DNA of 64,000 nt from Octopus bimaculoides. Taxonomy: Eukaryota. The stretch covers positions 39,743,085-39,807,084 of the forward strand of contig NC_068998.1 of assembly GCF_001194135.2 (NCBI RefSeq), in the 5' to 3' direction. The position numbers were made by a program, and so were the translations under genes. How positions within the stretch are numbered: the stretch's first letter is position 1; every line of letters begins with the position of its first letter. The notes beneath the pieces were generated by a model. That model did not search any database. It was not told the DNA's origin and saw nothing but the letters and a program-made list of their open reading frames with translations. Of this stretch, positions 1 through 12,850 are shown piece after piece.

Positions 1-1394
1 TTACTTCAAAGTCTTTAATCACATAAATGTATAGAAATGATAAACAGTAGTGTTGCAGGTCAAACTATACCGCACCCACCATTCATACATGGTTCTGACA
101 GGAGACAGAACCTGTTCTGTTGAATTGTCTCCACTGAGATTTGTCAATGACTACAATATTTCATTCATGGATATCAATACGTGTATTTCTCTGGTGCACA
201 TTTCTTTCTTCCCCTGTGGTAGGTAGACTTAGTCCTTTGTTCAATTTAACACTACTGCCCGACACTTGAGTGCTTTCAGTACAATAAGCTTCATTGCAAG
301 CATTCATGACAAGTCTCCTGGTTTTCCAATCTGAGGATAACTTTTCTCCTGTCTCAGACACCCTGAAGAGAGGATCAAAGGTACTGATGTTCCTCTGCTA
401 AGTCATTAGAAAGAAAAAGATTAATTAAAATGCACGTTTATATCATTGAGTCACCTAGAAATAACCCGTCTTTCACTTCAATAAACCTGTTTGTAAGAAA
501 GTCAATACAGATTAGCTGAGTGGTTAAGGTAATGGACTATGTTATCAAAGATCAGGAGTTCAATATCTGATGGTGTTTCATCATTCTTTGTTCTTTTTCA
601 TAATTAACTGGGCAGAATATTATATTCTGCAATACTTCAGCTCATGTGTTTTTAATTCTAAATCTAAAGACAAGATATCATACATTATTGATAGGATTAG
701 TCAAAGAGGGAGCCTTTACATAATCACTCAACCTACTAGAAATAGGAGCCAAATCTCCCTCAAACCATATTCTACTGTTTTAAAAGGAAACAAAACATTA
801 TATAACGTAGTTCCATATATACCTAAAAATATGGGATGGTCACATCTGGAATACTTTTGACCATAGGTTAAACAACAACAACTCTAATATTTTCTTTTAT
901 AATCGAATTTATACCGACACAAACAATTTCTGGCCTATTCTACAGATTCTGCTGAGGACAACCAAGCTAGAACTGGAGGTAGGGGCAGTCACTATGAGCT
1001 TATGATTTTGAAGGAGCCTATTCCACCTGTTTGAAGTAAAGAATTACAGTTTAATTGGTATGCACAGTGGAAGATCTAACTTCTTGGGCTTTTTTACTTA
1101 GCTTGTCCAAGGAACAACACCTCTCTCTCTCTCTCTCTCTTGCCCACTCTCTCTCTCTCTCTCGCCCACTCTCTCTCTTTCTTTTAGAGTGCTTGAGACA
1201 TTAGATTCTTCTCACTCTATACTCACAACTGAATTTATCAAACTCTCATTTGATAATAAAGAATCTTCTTTCAATCAGCTAGCTATCATCATCATCACAT
1301 TATCATCATCATTTAAAATGTTTTCCATGCTGGCATGGGTTGGACAGTTTGACAGGATTTGGTATTCAATGTTTTCTATGGTTGGCTTCTCTTT

Positions 1395-1675
1395 CTAATG
1401 TCAACTACCTTAATGCGTATTGAGGACTTCTTTTCCTTTTTTACATGCCAAGTTAGGTTCAATGATTCTAACAATACAGGGAGTCACCAAACAATACAGT
1501 GGATTCTATCCCTCAGAGTTAACAGATTTTGTGCCACCTCCACTATGGCACTCATGACTCGCTATCATCTCAAATACTGAGTCTATGCCACTATCCTATA
1601 CCCCATGTTAACAACACCACCCAGTCCTTCTACATGAGAAGTGTGGCCCTTAGGAATTCCTTCCTTGGCCGTTTT
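1395..1675 (+). mobile_element. Decayed LINE 3' fragment (CR1/I/Jockey-like)
   Basis: Frameshifted SELTDFVPPP and NTTQSFYMRSVALRNSFL resemble the ELxxLVPP...SFFxRTxxLWNxLP C-terminus of these clades. Confidence 0.5.
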
Positions 1676-1799
1676 TTATTATTTTTTACCTGCAGCCCAG
1701 TCATTAACTTGCAGAGGACCTCAAACTCATTAATCTGTATAATCTTGGAAGATATGTAAAAGCCATAGCCACAACCACTTTCTCCAAACCAACATAATA

Positions 1800-2570
1800 A
1801 TAATAATCCTTTCTACTATAGGCACAAGGCCTGAAATTAGGGGAGTGGGAGAGACGATTATAACAACTCCGGTACTCGACTGGTACTTGTTTCATCGACC
1901 CCGAAATGATGAAAGGTAAAGTCAACCTCGGTGGAATTTGAACAATAATAATAATAATTATTTCTTTATTGCCACAAGTGGCTAAACATAGAGGGGACAA
2001 ACAAGGACAGACAAAGGGATTAAGTCAATTACATTGACCCCAGTGCTTAACTGGTACTTATTTAATCGACCCCAAAAGGATGAAAGGTAAAGTCGACCTC
2101 GGTGGAATTTGAACTCAGAACGTAACGGCAGACGAAATACCACTAAGCATTTCACCCAGCATGCTAATGCTTCTGCCAGCTCGCTGCCTTCTACTGAAGG
2201 TACAAGGCCTGAAATTTGGTGGGGAGGTATATGTATGTGGATTACATCGACCCCAGCGATCTACTGGTACTTATTTTATTGACCCAGAAAGGGTGAAATG
2301 CAAAGCTGACCTTGACAGAATTTGAACTCAGAATATAAAGCCAGAAGAAATGCTGCTAAGCATTTTTTATGGTGCCAGCTCACCACCCTAATAATTACAA
2401 TAACAACAATGATGATGATGATGATGATGATCCTTTCTACTATAGACACAAGGCCTGAAATTTTAGGGAAGGGGACTGGTTGATTACGTTGATCCAGTAC
2501 TTAACTGGTGTTCATTTTATGAACCCCAAAAGGATGAAAAGCAACGTCAACCTTGGTGTGTTCAAATGAA
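1800..2570 (-). mobile_element. Chain of about four tRNA-headed SINEs (family A: GAGCTGGCAGAA...GAGTTCAAATT)
   Basis: Repeated ATCGACCCC-x-AAAGGATGAAAGG...GGAATTTGAACTCAGAA...CTGCCAGCTC units separated by AAT/GAT tails. Confidence 0.85.
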
Positions 2571-4770
2571 CACAGATCATAAAGCTGAAAGCCAAGGAAT
2601 CAAACAAAGAAAATAACAAAAGCAAGTGATATATAAGATGACATCACATGAATAATTAAGCATATGTTTTGGGTTGTTTTTTTTCTTTCTTTTTTCTTTC
2701 TTGATTTTTGACGAGTCAATAATTAACTCAATTCCTTTTTAATGTATTCCAACCTTGACATCAAGAAAACAAACTCAGCAACTAAATTTCTTTGTGTGCA
2801 TAAATATAAATTACCACCACCATTGTTACTGCTACCACAACCATCACCACTACCAATATCACCATCGCCACCACCACCACCACCACCATACAGGGGTATA
2901 ACTACTCACACAAAAACTAATCATCACTTCACTTGTTGCTAGAAATAGCAACCAAATTTCCCTTTAATCACACAACTGCAACAGATCCCAACTTGTGCTG
3001 GCAGAACCTTTGGGCAGGGCTTCTTGCAGAAATTTGACAAAGCAGAATAGGACTGCTTTGGGGGCCCCAAGAGGAATGCTCCTTTCACAATTCAAAGAAG
3101 CTGGAGGTGGGGGTGTCTTCAGAGGGTTTTTTCTTTTAATGAGGGGCACAACAGATAGTCATGGGCCCTCTCCTTGGCTTGCCATGATCTGATGTGCTGG
3201 CTGATCTGGCCCTGCATTTTTGTAAGAGTTGCCTCAGGGGTTCACAATGAAAGAAGTAGGACACCAAGAAGTGAGTTCAAAATGATGAGTATACAAACCT
3301 TTGAAAAGCTGGGGCAAAGCTAAGGGCCCATGGAAAAATTTATTTAAATAAAGGGGTCATTCGTAATTAAAAGATTGTGAATTGTTGCATTACCACCTTA
3401 GAAAACAGGACACATTAGATGCTATGTGATCCTAGGGGAACTGTGACAAGAAGATGAGATGGTCATGACTGGGATATTTTTGATGTCTGTACAATCAGGA
3501 CTGCCTAGGGTTAAACAACAGCAACACAGACAACAATCACACAAACTAGTTAGAGAAATTAGCTGGCATGGGTAAGCTTTTTCAGGGCACAGTATTAAAA
3601 AATTCAAGGTAATTCTTCATTAGTGCACCATTCAGAAAGACACATGGGCTGCAGTTTGCTTATGACTTTTCTATAGTGTCTTGACCTGCTGAACACAGCA
3701 GCCAAATTAATTATCACAAGTTTTCAGACCTAGCTTTAAGGGATATAAGACCTATGACCTACAAAGATAGTATCGGTTCAGCTCAGTGATCCTAAATCTT
3801 GGGACCAAAATTCCAACATTTAAGAGGGGGACGAATGGCCTTATTTAGAAACATCAATAGAACAATCCAATAGAGGTGCCTCTAGATGGTCGTTCAACAT
3901 GTTAGAAATAACAGCCAAATTATCTTCTGTTTAAGAAAAGGTCTTACTGGACAAGGTTTTCTGTTTCTGGGATATGCTGAGGAAAGACAAAATGTTCATG
4001 ACAGGAATGCCTTTGATTACAGCTCTGGTTCCTGAAGATTGACTTTGAGGGTTAAATTATAGCAACATTCATGGAACACTGATTAGATACTGCATTTCTT
4101 TTTGATTAAAGTCAAAGAATACACTATTTTTGATTTGTTTCGAAATGGTTTGTAATCTTTATATCGAGAAAGAGTAAACAAAAAAAAAATTAAATTTCTT
4201 GTCTACATAGTATTGTGTTGATAAGACAGCAACTACCTATAAAAGCCAACAGCACTTCTACTACTACTACTACGCTCTAATTACTCACAGTACTACTACT
4301 ACAATATATCTACAGTGTTGCTATGGTGACAGATGTGACCTGATAGACATGGCTGGCCTCTATATGCATGGCAAGATAAACCATTTAAAGAAATTGTCTC
4401 AAGTGTCACCTTAGTGTCAGGGAATTAAAATTCAAACCACTGATTCACTGGACTATCTTTGTTATATTTTTATCTTTTACATATTTAGTTCCACGTGGTC
4501 TTGTGGAATTTGCCACGATGCTCTGTACCCTGAGTTCAAACCCTGCTGAGGTCAACTTTACTTTTATTCTTTCAATGTCAATAAAAAAAAACCTCCCAAT
4601 CCAAAGTAATGGATTGGTAAAAGTATTAGAGAGTCTGATGAGGTGCTTTGTAGCACCTGTACCAGTTCTCTATACTGACAACAACACTACATGTAAATTT
4701 CCTACGGGGTTCAATTAATTTTTGAGTTAATCAAAACTGATTATGTAACCATATTAAAACATCTATCTAA

Positions 4771-4990
4771 GGCAGTGAGCTGGCAAATCATTAGCACACC
4801 AGATAAAATGTTTAGCAGCAGTTCATCCATCCTCATATCTTGAGTTCAAATTCTGCAAAGGCCAACTTTGCGTTTCATCCTTTCAGGGTTGATAAAATGA
4901 GTACCAATTGAACACTGGGGTCATTGTAATCAACTTACCCCCTCCCCAGAAATTGCAGGCCTTGTGCTAATATTTGGAACCAGTATTAAA
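4771..4990 (+). mobile_element. SINE family A copy
   Basis: GGCAGTGAGCTGGCAAATCATTAGC...GAGTTCAAATTCTG...AGTACCAATTGAACACTGGGG. Confidence 0.8.
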
Positions 4991-6146
4991 ACAGCTAACT
5001 CAATATATTGGTTGGTCATTCACATTCTTGTTCTCATTACCATCACCATCGCTTTGTGTCATTTTTTTCCATGCAAGCGTAAGCTGGATAGACTAAATAT
5101 CTCACCATGGACCAGGTACATTTAATCACGCCACCAACATTATAGTGGTTGTCTGTAGCAAAGCCTAAATGTTCCCTTTATCCTTTAACAGTATTTTTCA
5201 GAGTTACTCTTCTCTTAGGTAGGTTGCCTGCACAGTAGCTTCCAGATTCTACTTTGCTATTGTCCATTCTTCATTTGTTGTTGGTATGGTTCTACAGCAC
5301 AATGCCTGCCCTGTAATCAACCACTTTGCAATGGTTGACAAGAGGGCAGGTTGATAAGAGGATTGGCTGCATTTTACCACTCCACAGGTATTAGAGACAT
5401 CATGTGTGGAAGAACTAAGAATAACCACTACTCTGTATCATTTGTTATTCAGAATCATAAAATGATCATAATCAAGATTTAGATTCAGATCTGAACACTA
5501 GAGAAATAGACTGTCCTGGACAGACCGGTTTTGTATTGGTTAAAGAAAATAAGGAAAGGAACAGATTTCTAACAAAGAATATGCTTAATGACTCATCAGA
5601 ATCATTAAGCATGACTGATCTTAATCATGAGATTGTGAGTTCAATTCCTGGATCAGGCGGCACATTGTGTCCTTCAGCAAGGCACTTAATTTCACTTTCC
5701 TCCAATCTAGTTAGCTGAAAATGAGCACTAGCTGGATGCTGATGCAGCTATTTTGCCCTCCAGCTGCTTTCTTTATACTAAATGTGCTGTTGGGTTAAGG
5801 GTGGGAGGGTCAAGAGAGTGTCTATGTCTGTTCACAACTACATAGACACCGAAAACAATTAGTGAAAGCATGATACAAGTTACCAAGCCATACTCGCTCA
5901 TGAGTGACAGCTGGCTGTAGTAGCAGTAGTAGTAGTAGTACACTGGATGAAGAGATATAAATAGAGAAACACAGTGGGTTGACTATTATTATTATAACAG
6001 GGTAAAATGGTAACATTGTTTATAGCAGAATTGTAATAGGTTTAAATAGTGAATTTACTATGTTTATAAATAGTGTTGAAAATATGAAAAAGGTGGGAAT
6101 AATGGTAGCAGACTATTAGAAGAATATCTGCAATATATATACATAC

Positions 6147-6148
<2 letters not shown>

Positions 6149-6211
<63 letters not shown>

Positions 6212-6730
6212 TGAGAGAGAGAGAGAAAGAAAGAAATACACATGTGTGAGTTTGATGTGTGTGTGTGTGTGTGTGTAGAAAGAGAGAGAGAAAGAGAGAT
6301 ACCTATATAATATATACAAACCTATATATAGTTATGGTATACAGATAGACAGACACAAACACACACAAGAGTATAGACAACGTCTATGCACATGTGATTA
6401 GATGTATACACACATACATGATGTATACATTAGTGGAACTGAAAGAGGGTTGTGCTGATAGCTGTGATAAGATAAATTGTACATCGTTTTATACAATGGA
6501 TGTCATATGTTTAAATGACAGTATATGTTTATAAATAGTGTTGAAAATCTGAAATTGATGGAAGAAATAATGTAGACGTGTATTTGTGGATTGGCAGCTT
6601 CCACCCTCTCTCTTTATATTTGCGTGGCTATGTGCATATGTGTATAAATATGTGCATACATATACACATACAGATGTATGTATATACAAGTGTGTGTACT
6701 TGTTTGTGCATAAATGTCTGTATGTATATC

Positions 6731-6773
<43 letters not shown>

Positions 6774-6825
6774 GGATAGATAGATAGATAGATAGATATA
6801 GAGATAGATAGATAGATAGATAGAT
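6149..6825. repeat. Compound microsatellite field: (TA)n, (GA)n, (TG)n, (GATA)n
   Basis: Visible directly; explains the YIYI/CVCV ORFs. Confidence 0.95.
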
Positions 6826-7889
6826 ACTATCCATTCGACCTATACTGGCATGAAATAACATACATGTATGTATGTGCGTGTGTACTTGTATACACACAAT
6901 AAGGTATATGTTCGAATCATGCTCACATAGAAGAAAAACAAGTAAAATGAAGGAACATATGTGTGTGGACATCATCAGGCAAAGCCAATTGTTCGTTATC
7001 AACACCATCTATCACCAGAAGAATTTATGGGCGCAAGCTCATAACCACCACCACCACCACCCCTGCTGCCTCACCCACCACGAACTCCTCCACCACTGCC
7101 ATCACCATCACCTTTCAACTGGTTAACTAAAACTGTTGTTACATAGTGTTATACTTGTTTGTTGTAACTCTAGACTCTATCTCCAACCCCCATTTCACAG
7201 ATAAAAGGGTGTGGCAAGATTCTTATCAATAGACCAGGAAGGGCTAGGTATTTTGCTTTCCTTTTTTTTTTTCTTTTTGTATTTCATTTTGCCCCCCCCC
7301 CTTTTTTTCTGCTTAAGTGGGGAAACATTGCATTGGGGCCTTTTAAGGGGATGTTTCTTCTTTTACATCTTTACACTTACATAACTAAGTTGCAAGAAAG
7401 AGAAAAGCATTTACAAAATACCACAGAAATGAAAGGCCAGCAAGTTTCCCTTGTTTTGCGGCTATAGTAAAAGATGCTATGCAGTGGACAAGGCTGGAAA
7501 GATATTAGAACAGAGACTTTCCTCTTTGGTAGAACCCTCGTTATCTTTTCCATGTTTCTCTTGAACAGTAAGGTGAAGTGGAAAGGTAGGTGCCATATAG
7601 GAGTGAACTTGCATCAATTACAACATTCAGGAAGTGACAACTGGAGACAGTGAAAAGAAGGGAGCTGTCCCAGCAGTGGGTTAAGTCTCATTTTAGCTGA
7701 CTAGACTGGAGTAACATGAAATGAAGTACCTTGCTTAAGAACACTGTATATATACATGTGTGTTTGTGTGTGTAAATAATTGGTCAGATTTACTTGAGTC
7801 TGAAAAATAGCACATACTAAAAAATTTTTTGAACAGTAATATTTTATTTATGTTACCAATGTAATCATTTACTATAGATATATATATCT

Positions 7890-8144
7890 GATCGTTGCCA
7901 GTGCCCCTGGACTGGCTTGTGCGGGTGGCACATAAAAGACACCATTTCGAGCGTGGCCGTTTTCGTGCGGGTGACACGTAAAAGCACCCACTACACTCTC
8001 TGAGTGGTTGGCGTTAGGAAGGGCATCCAGCTGTAGAAACTCTGCCAAATCAGACTGGAGCCTGGTGTTGCCATCCGGTTTCACCAGTCCTCAGTCAAAT
8101 CGTCCAACCCATGCTAGCATGGAAAGCGGACGTTAAACGATGAT
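7890..8144 (+). mobile_element. SINE/short retroposon family D copy, CpG-intact
   Basis: ...GGAAGGGCATCCAGCTGTAGAAACTCTGCCAAATCAGACTGGAGCCTGG...CCAACCCATGCTAGCATGGAAAGCGGACGTTAAACGATGAT. More decayed copies lie at 11376-11636 and 30150-30381 (+), and 1285-1400, 31815-32105, 54340-54545, 58480-58700 and 60960-61190 (-). Confidence 0.85.
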
Positions 8145-8330
8145 ATATAAGTAATATAATATATAAATAATAGAATATTAAGAATATAATATATATATAA
8201 ATAATAGAATATTAAGAATATAATATATATATAAATAATAGAATATTAAGAATATAATATATATAATAGAATATTAAGAATATGATATATATATATAATA
8301 GAATATTAAGAATATAATATAATATATATA
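8144..8330. repeat. AT-rich minisatellite, about 32-34-bp unit, five copies
   Basis: AATAGAATATTAAGAATATAATATATATATAAAT repeated with variable TA length. Confidence 0.9.
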
Positions 8331-8712
8331 TCATCAACATTATTATCATAGGCCATGAATGACCATGGAATTACACTTACAAAGTTACCCTCTGAAGTAC
8401 ATATATACAAGTATGCACACACACATACACTCACCACACCACACAGGAAGAGTAAGAGAGGATATAGGTTTCTAGATTCAATTACACCACATATTAAGTT
8501 ATATTACTTTAAATTTCCTACTATTGAACACATTAGCTAAGTTCCTGCGTAAACAATGCCTTCGTGATGTATTTGAAAAACAAATCTTTGCCTCTTGCAA
8601 ACACACACACACATACAGAAAGACAGGGAAGACAGAACTATAAAAATTAACACTACTTTTGTTTCAATTAACCTTGAAAATAATACAGAATTTAGTCAAC
8701 AGCCATTATTAA

Positions 8713-8936
8713 GGCAGTGAGCTGGCAGAATCATTAGCATGCTGGAGAAAATGCTGAGTGATGTTTCATCTGTCTTTACATTCTGAGTTCAAATGCCACC
8801 AAGGTTGACTTTGCTTTCATCCTTTTGGAGTTGATGAAATAAATACCAGTTGAGCATTGGGGGGGGGGGGGTCAGTCTAATCGACTATCCCCCTTCCACA
8901 AAATTTCAGGCCTTGTTGCCTATAGTAGAAAAGATT
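8713..8936 (+). mobile_element. SINE family A copy
   Basis: GGCAGTGAGCTGGCAGAATCATTAGC...GAGTTCAAATGCC...AGGCCTTGTTGCCTATAGTAGAAAAGATT. Confidence 0.8.
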
Positions 8937-9536
8937 GTTAAGATGGTGTTTGAAATTATAATATGAAATTTTCATGGAATGTTTTAAGTTTAGATCACTT
9001 GAAAGCAGGAAGTTTGTATCTTAGAACTAGGGGTGGTCTCAAGGGGGTTGGTATCAAAAGGGTCAAGAAATAAACACTGAGAGAGCAGAAGTTGACAACA
9101 GCTAAGCTAGGTGAGAAAATAATGTCAGTAGCTGTGCCACCTGATATCAACCAGTGAGGACAGTTAAGTAGGTAAATTACGCCACCACTACCACTGCCAC
9201 AGTCAGTAGTCAGATGGAAATCAGGTGGAGAACTATGATGGAAGGTGATGTAGGAAAGTTGATAGCACAGCAATGAAACAGCAGGAGCAGTCATGGGGGT
9301 ATAGCAGAGAGACTATGTCAATATAATTTTGTTAAAGTAGGGTGATACTGTGTGAGTGTGTGTATATATTACTCTGTCTGTGTGTGTGTGGAGGGGGAGG
9401 GCCAATACACAGCAGTTCAATTTTAAGTACGTACATTTTTTTCACACTGGGTCATTTAGTAATCAGGTGTCACCTGGCTAAAATAATGTAGAGGACAAAA
9501 TACATGTGCACCACATGCATACACACATATGTGCAT

Positions 9537-9540
<4 letters not shown>

Positions 9541-9587
<47 letters not shown>

Positions 9588-10018
9588 NNNNNNNNNNNNN
9601 NNNNNNNNNNNNNNNNNNNNNNNNNNNNNNNNNNNNNNNNNNNNNNNNNNNNNNNNNNNNNNNNNNNNNNNNNNNNNNNNNNNNNNNNNNNNNNNNNNNN
9701 NNNNNNNNNNNNNNNNNNNNNNNNNNNNNNNNNNNNNNNNNNNNNNNNNNNNNNNNNNNNNNNNNNNNNNNNNNNNNNNNNNNNNNNNNNNNNNNNNNNN
9801 NNNNNNNNNNNNNNNNNNNNNNNNNNNNNNNNNNNNNNNNNNNNNNNNNNNNNNNNNNNNNNNNNNNNNNNNNNNNNNNNNNNNNNNNNNNNNNNNNNNN
9901 NNNNNNNNNNNNNNNNNNNNNNNNNNNNNNNNNNNNNNNNNNNNNNNNNNNNNNNNNNNNNNNNNNNNNNNNNNNNNNNNNNNNNNNNNNNNNNNGTGTG
10001 TGTGTGTGTGTGTGTGTG
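9541..10018. repeat. (GT)n microsatellite spanning an assembly gap (N 9588-9995)
   Basis: GT repeats on both sides of 408 N. Confidence 0.95.
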
Positions 10019-10572
10019 GGGACTAACAGACAGACAGACATTTATAAACTTTTACAAAGGAAACGTTGGCAATGTCTCTGTAGTTTCAGCTTGCCCACTT
10101 TCAAGTCTGATAAAGTCGCTATTAAGCACTTCTTTGTAAAGGTTGATAAATATGTACTCTTCCAAAATGCTTTGAGTAACCCTTCAGTTATTACTTTTAT
10201 TTATAACTTGGCATAGAAACACTAATATATGTGTAAGCTATGCAGTTAAATAAGAGTAGGTATTTAATGTATTTGAGATATAAATGGAGATGTTCAAATA
10301 TGTTCCTTGGCATCCCTTTTCTATTATTTTTATTATCAGACACTGTGTATCTTGGACTGCATTATTCAATACATCCTTTTGTATTTAAAACGGTAGGGTG
10401 TGATTCAAGAGCTATTTGGTTTCTATTTCCAGCAGGCCAGTAGCCTGGATGCATACATACATAGATACATTCATTTAATTAAAGTATATGTTAATCTCAT
10501 GAAGGGATGGTTTCATCCAAGGAAATTCTGGTTCAATACTTGGTATTTTGGGGGGAATGAACTTCCTTAAGA

Positions 10573-10905
10573 TGTTGGCACTCTGTCGCTTACGACGTCA
10601 AGGGTTCCAGTTGATCCAATCAATGGAACAGCCTGCTTGTGAAATTAACAGACACGTGTACCCTTAACGTAGTTCTCGGGGATATTCAGCGTGACACAGT
10701 GTGACAAGGCTGGCCCTTTGAAATACAGGTACAACAGAAACAGGAAGAAAGAGTGAGAGAAAGTTGCCACCAACCGCTGCCGGAGCCTCATGGAGCTTTA
10801 GGTGTTTTCGCTCAATAAGCAGTCACAAAGCCCGGTCTGGGAATCAAAACCGCGATCCTATGACCGCAAGTCCGCTGCCCTAACCACTGGGCCATTGTGC
10901 CTCCA
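10573..10905 (-). mobile_element. SINE family C copy (tRNA-derived head)
   Basis: Minus-strand head TGGAGGCACAATGGCCCAGTGGTTAGGGCAGCGGAC...GGTTTTGATTCCC (A and B box-like); body ...GATCAACTGGAACCC. Confidence 0.85.
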
Positions 10906-11027
10906 TTTCCTTAAGAAAATAGGTATATATAACGCATATAGTTCACGTCCATTTAAAAGAAGAAAAGAAAACAGAGATTAGGAAGTTTATAATTGTTTAT
11001 TATTAACAGCAAATTGGTCATCTTCAC

Positions 11028-11295
11028 TTCTTGCAGCTGTTTCAATTAATACTCAATAAATTAATTACAAATTTGTACATTAAATTTATAGTTATGTGAC
11101 ATGAGCCTGCTAAAATGAATTGATAAGCAGATTCCAGAGTCTGCTAAAATGAATTTTTAATGAACATATAACATCCAAAGTACATCTTTTTATTTTTTTA
11201 CCTCTGATGAAATTATACTCATGTCACGTAAATGTAAATTTAATTTACAAATTTGTAATTAAATTATTGGGTATTAATTGAAATAGCTGTAAGAA
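11028..11295. mobile_element. Fold-back MITE with about 78-bp inverted arms
   Basis: TTCTTGCAGCTGTTTCAATTAATACTCAATAA...GTGACATGAG (11028-11105) pairs with CTCATGTCAC...TTATTGGGTATTAATTGAAATAGCTGTAAGAA (11218-11295). Confidence 0.75.
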
Positions 11296-11334
11296 TAAAC
11301 CATTATTAACTTTCCAATCTCCATTTTCTTTTTT

Positions 11335-11378
<44 letters not shown>

Positions 11379-12379
11379 TGATGAAGAGGATTGGCCTGCA
11401 AGAGCTCTGTGCCAGTGACATGTGAAAAGCACTTGTGCTGGCTCCACATAAAAGTGCTTGTGCCAATGCCACATTAAAAGCACCCAGCACACACTGTGAA
11501 GTGGTTGGCATCAGGAAGTGCATCCACCCCGTAGAAACAAAACCAAATCAGACTGCAACCTGGTGCAGCTCTCCTGCTTGCCAGCTCTGGTCAAACTGTC
11601 CAACTGATGCCAGTATGGATGTTAAAGGATGATGATATGTATGTATGTATGTATGTATGCATGTGAATATGTTTTCCTAATTGATTGAAATGAAGAATTT
11701 TAAAAATATCTTTCAGACTGACATTGATTACTCAATACATTGAATGTTAAGTCTGTCAGGACATTACATCCTTCAAAAATTCCATGCTTCCCAAAGTTCA
11801 CTAACACTACTCCTGACCTGTTAATGGACCTTTCCCTCTTTGTGACTATATTGACTTTTCTGTCTATTTTTGTGCTTTCATCATCATATTCTGTGTATTA
11901 TGCATGCACTTCTCGCCTTCATTGCTGACTTTATGTGACTTACTTGCTGCTTTCTGTTACCACTTTTAACCTTTCTTGGCAAGCTGTAGTGTATCTGAGC
12001 AGTGTATACAAGTTCGGCTATAGGGTGTAATTTGTGATTTGACAACTTAAGAGGGTTGAATGACTGAGCAGAAGCATTTTTGTTTGCTTGTGGTTCTGTA
12101 TATACAAATAGTCTGAAACATGTCCTCATGGAAGCGACAGTCTCGGCTGCAGTGACTGCATTTGAAGTCACTGTCTGCCAGTGTTGTCTTAGTAATATTT
12201 TTCTTCTCATTCAAATTCTGCTGAGGTCAACTTTGCCTTTCAGCCTTTCAGTGTCAATAAAATAAGTACCAGTTATGCACTGGAATCGATGTAATCAACG
12301 AGCCACCCCCACCCCTGAAATTGCTAAGAGAAAAATTTTTCCAAGGTGGGGTGAAGAATATCAGAAAATTCACATGAGA

Positions 12380-12850
12380 AGGCTTTGTTTCCTCATAACT
12401 TTCAGAAAAATGGATAATTGTTTTTTTCAGTACCGGTTTCGGTCATTTAGACTTTTTGAAATTTTGGAAAAATTAAATGAAAAGTTTTTAAAAGAATATT
12501 TGCATAGTATTCAAATACAAGGGGCATTTTCCTTGTGTCTGCCTGTCTCTGTCTCACTTGTTTTACTCTTGTGGGTTCGAAATTTTCACTTAATTTTTCC
12601 AAAATTTGTTTTCCATACTTACAGTTGAAAAAGTCTCAACCGGTACTGAAATAGTGTAAGAGACAAGAGAATACTCTGGGCTCGCATTAAGCAAGAAGTT
12701 GAAAATTTTGGAGGCCCATGACACTGCATGGACCCTGAATTAAGCATGTGTAAAATTTGAATGAAATCAGTTGGGTAGTTCCCGAATTTTAGGGATTCAC
12801 ACAGAGAGACAGACATTCTCATCTTTATATATATATAGATAGATAGACAG
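12380..12850 (+). mobile_element. Helentron/DINE-1-like non-autonomous element
   Basis: Ends in AAATTTGAATGAAATCAG...CACAGAGAGACAGACATTCTCATCTTTATATATATATAGAT. Its TTTGTTTCCTCATAACTTTCAGAAAAA segment recurs inverted, twice, at 41383-41610. Confidence 0.5.

Noticed and set aside
946-978. Possible 33-nt plus-strand microexon (CTACAG|ATTCTG...GGAG|GTAGGG)
   Set aside because: No partner exons or host gene on that strand; such sites arise by chance.
2964-3340. GC-rich block with two short overlapping ORFs
   Set aside because: GGGCCC-rich and non-coding in character; likely a decayed DNA-transposon fragment that I cannot classify.
4590-4640. Minus-strand HYFGL as a possible FERM exon 2 (DYFGL)
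   Set aside because: Flanking residues are not FERM-like, a stop follows within a few codons, and there are no splice sites.
7026-7045. 8-bp stem with a GCAA tetraloop
   Set aside because: Too short to exceed chance in 64 kb, with no surrounding structure.
8995-9294. 99-aa minus-strand ORF in GC-richer DNA
   Set aside because: No domain similarity or usable splice sites recognised; probably an old repeat remnant.
9478-10216. Long ORFs of 165-236 aa
   Set aside because: They read through a 408-N gap and (GT)n repeats.
10573-10905. tRNA gene (A/B box-like head; also 29530-29582 and 36230-36313)
   Set aside because: The heads continue into SINE bodies present in several copies; no complete cloverleaf.
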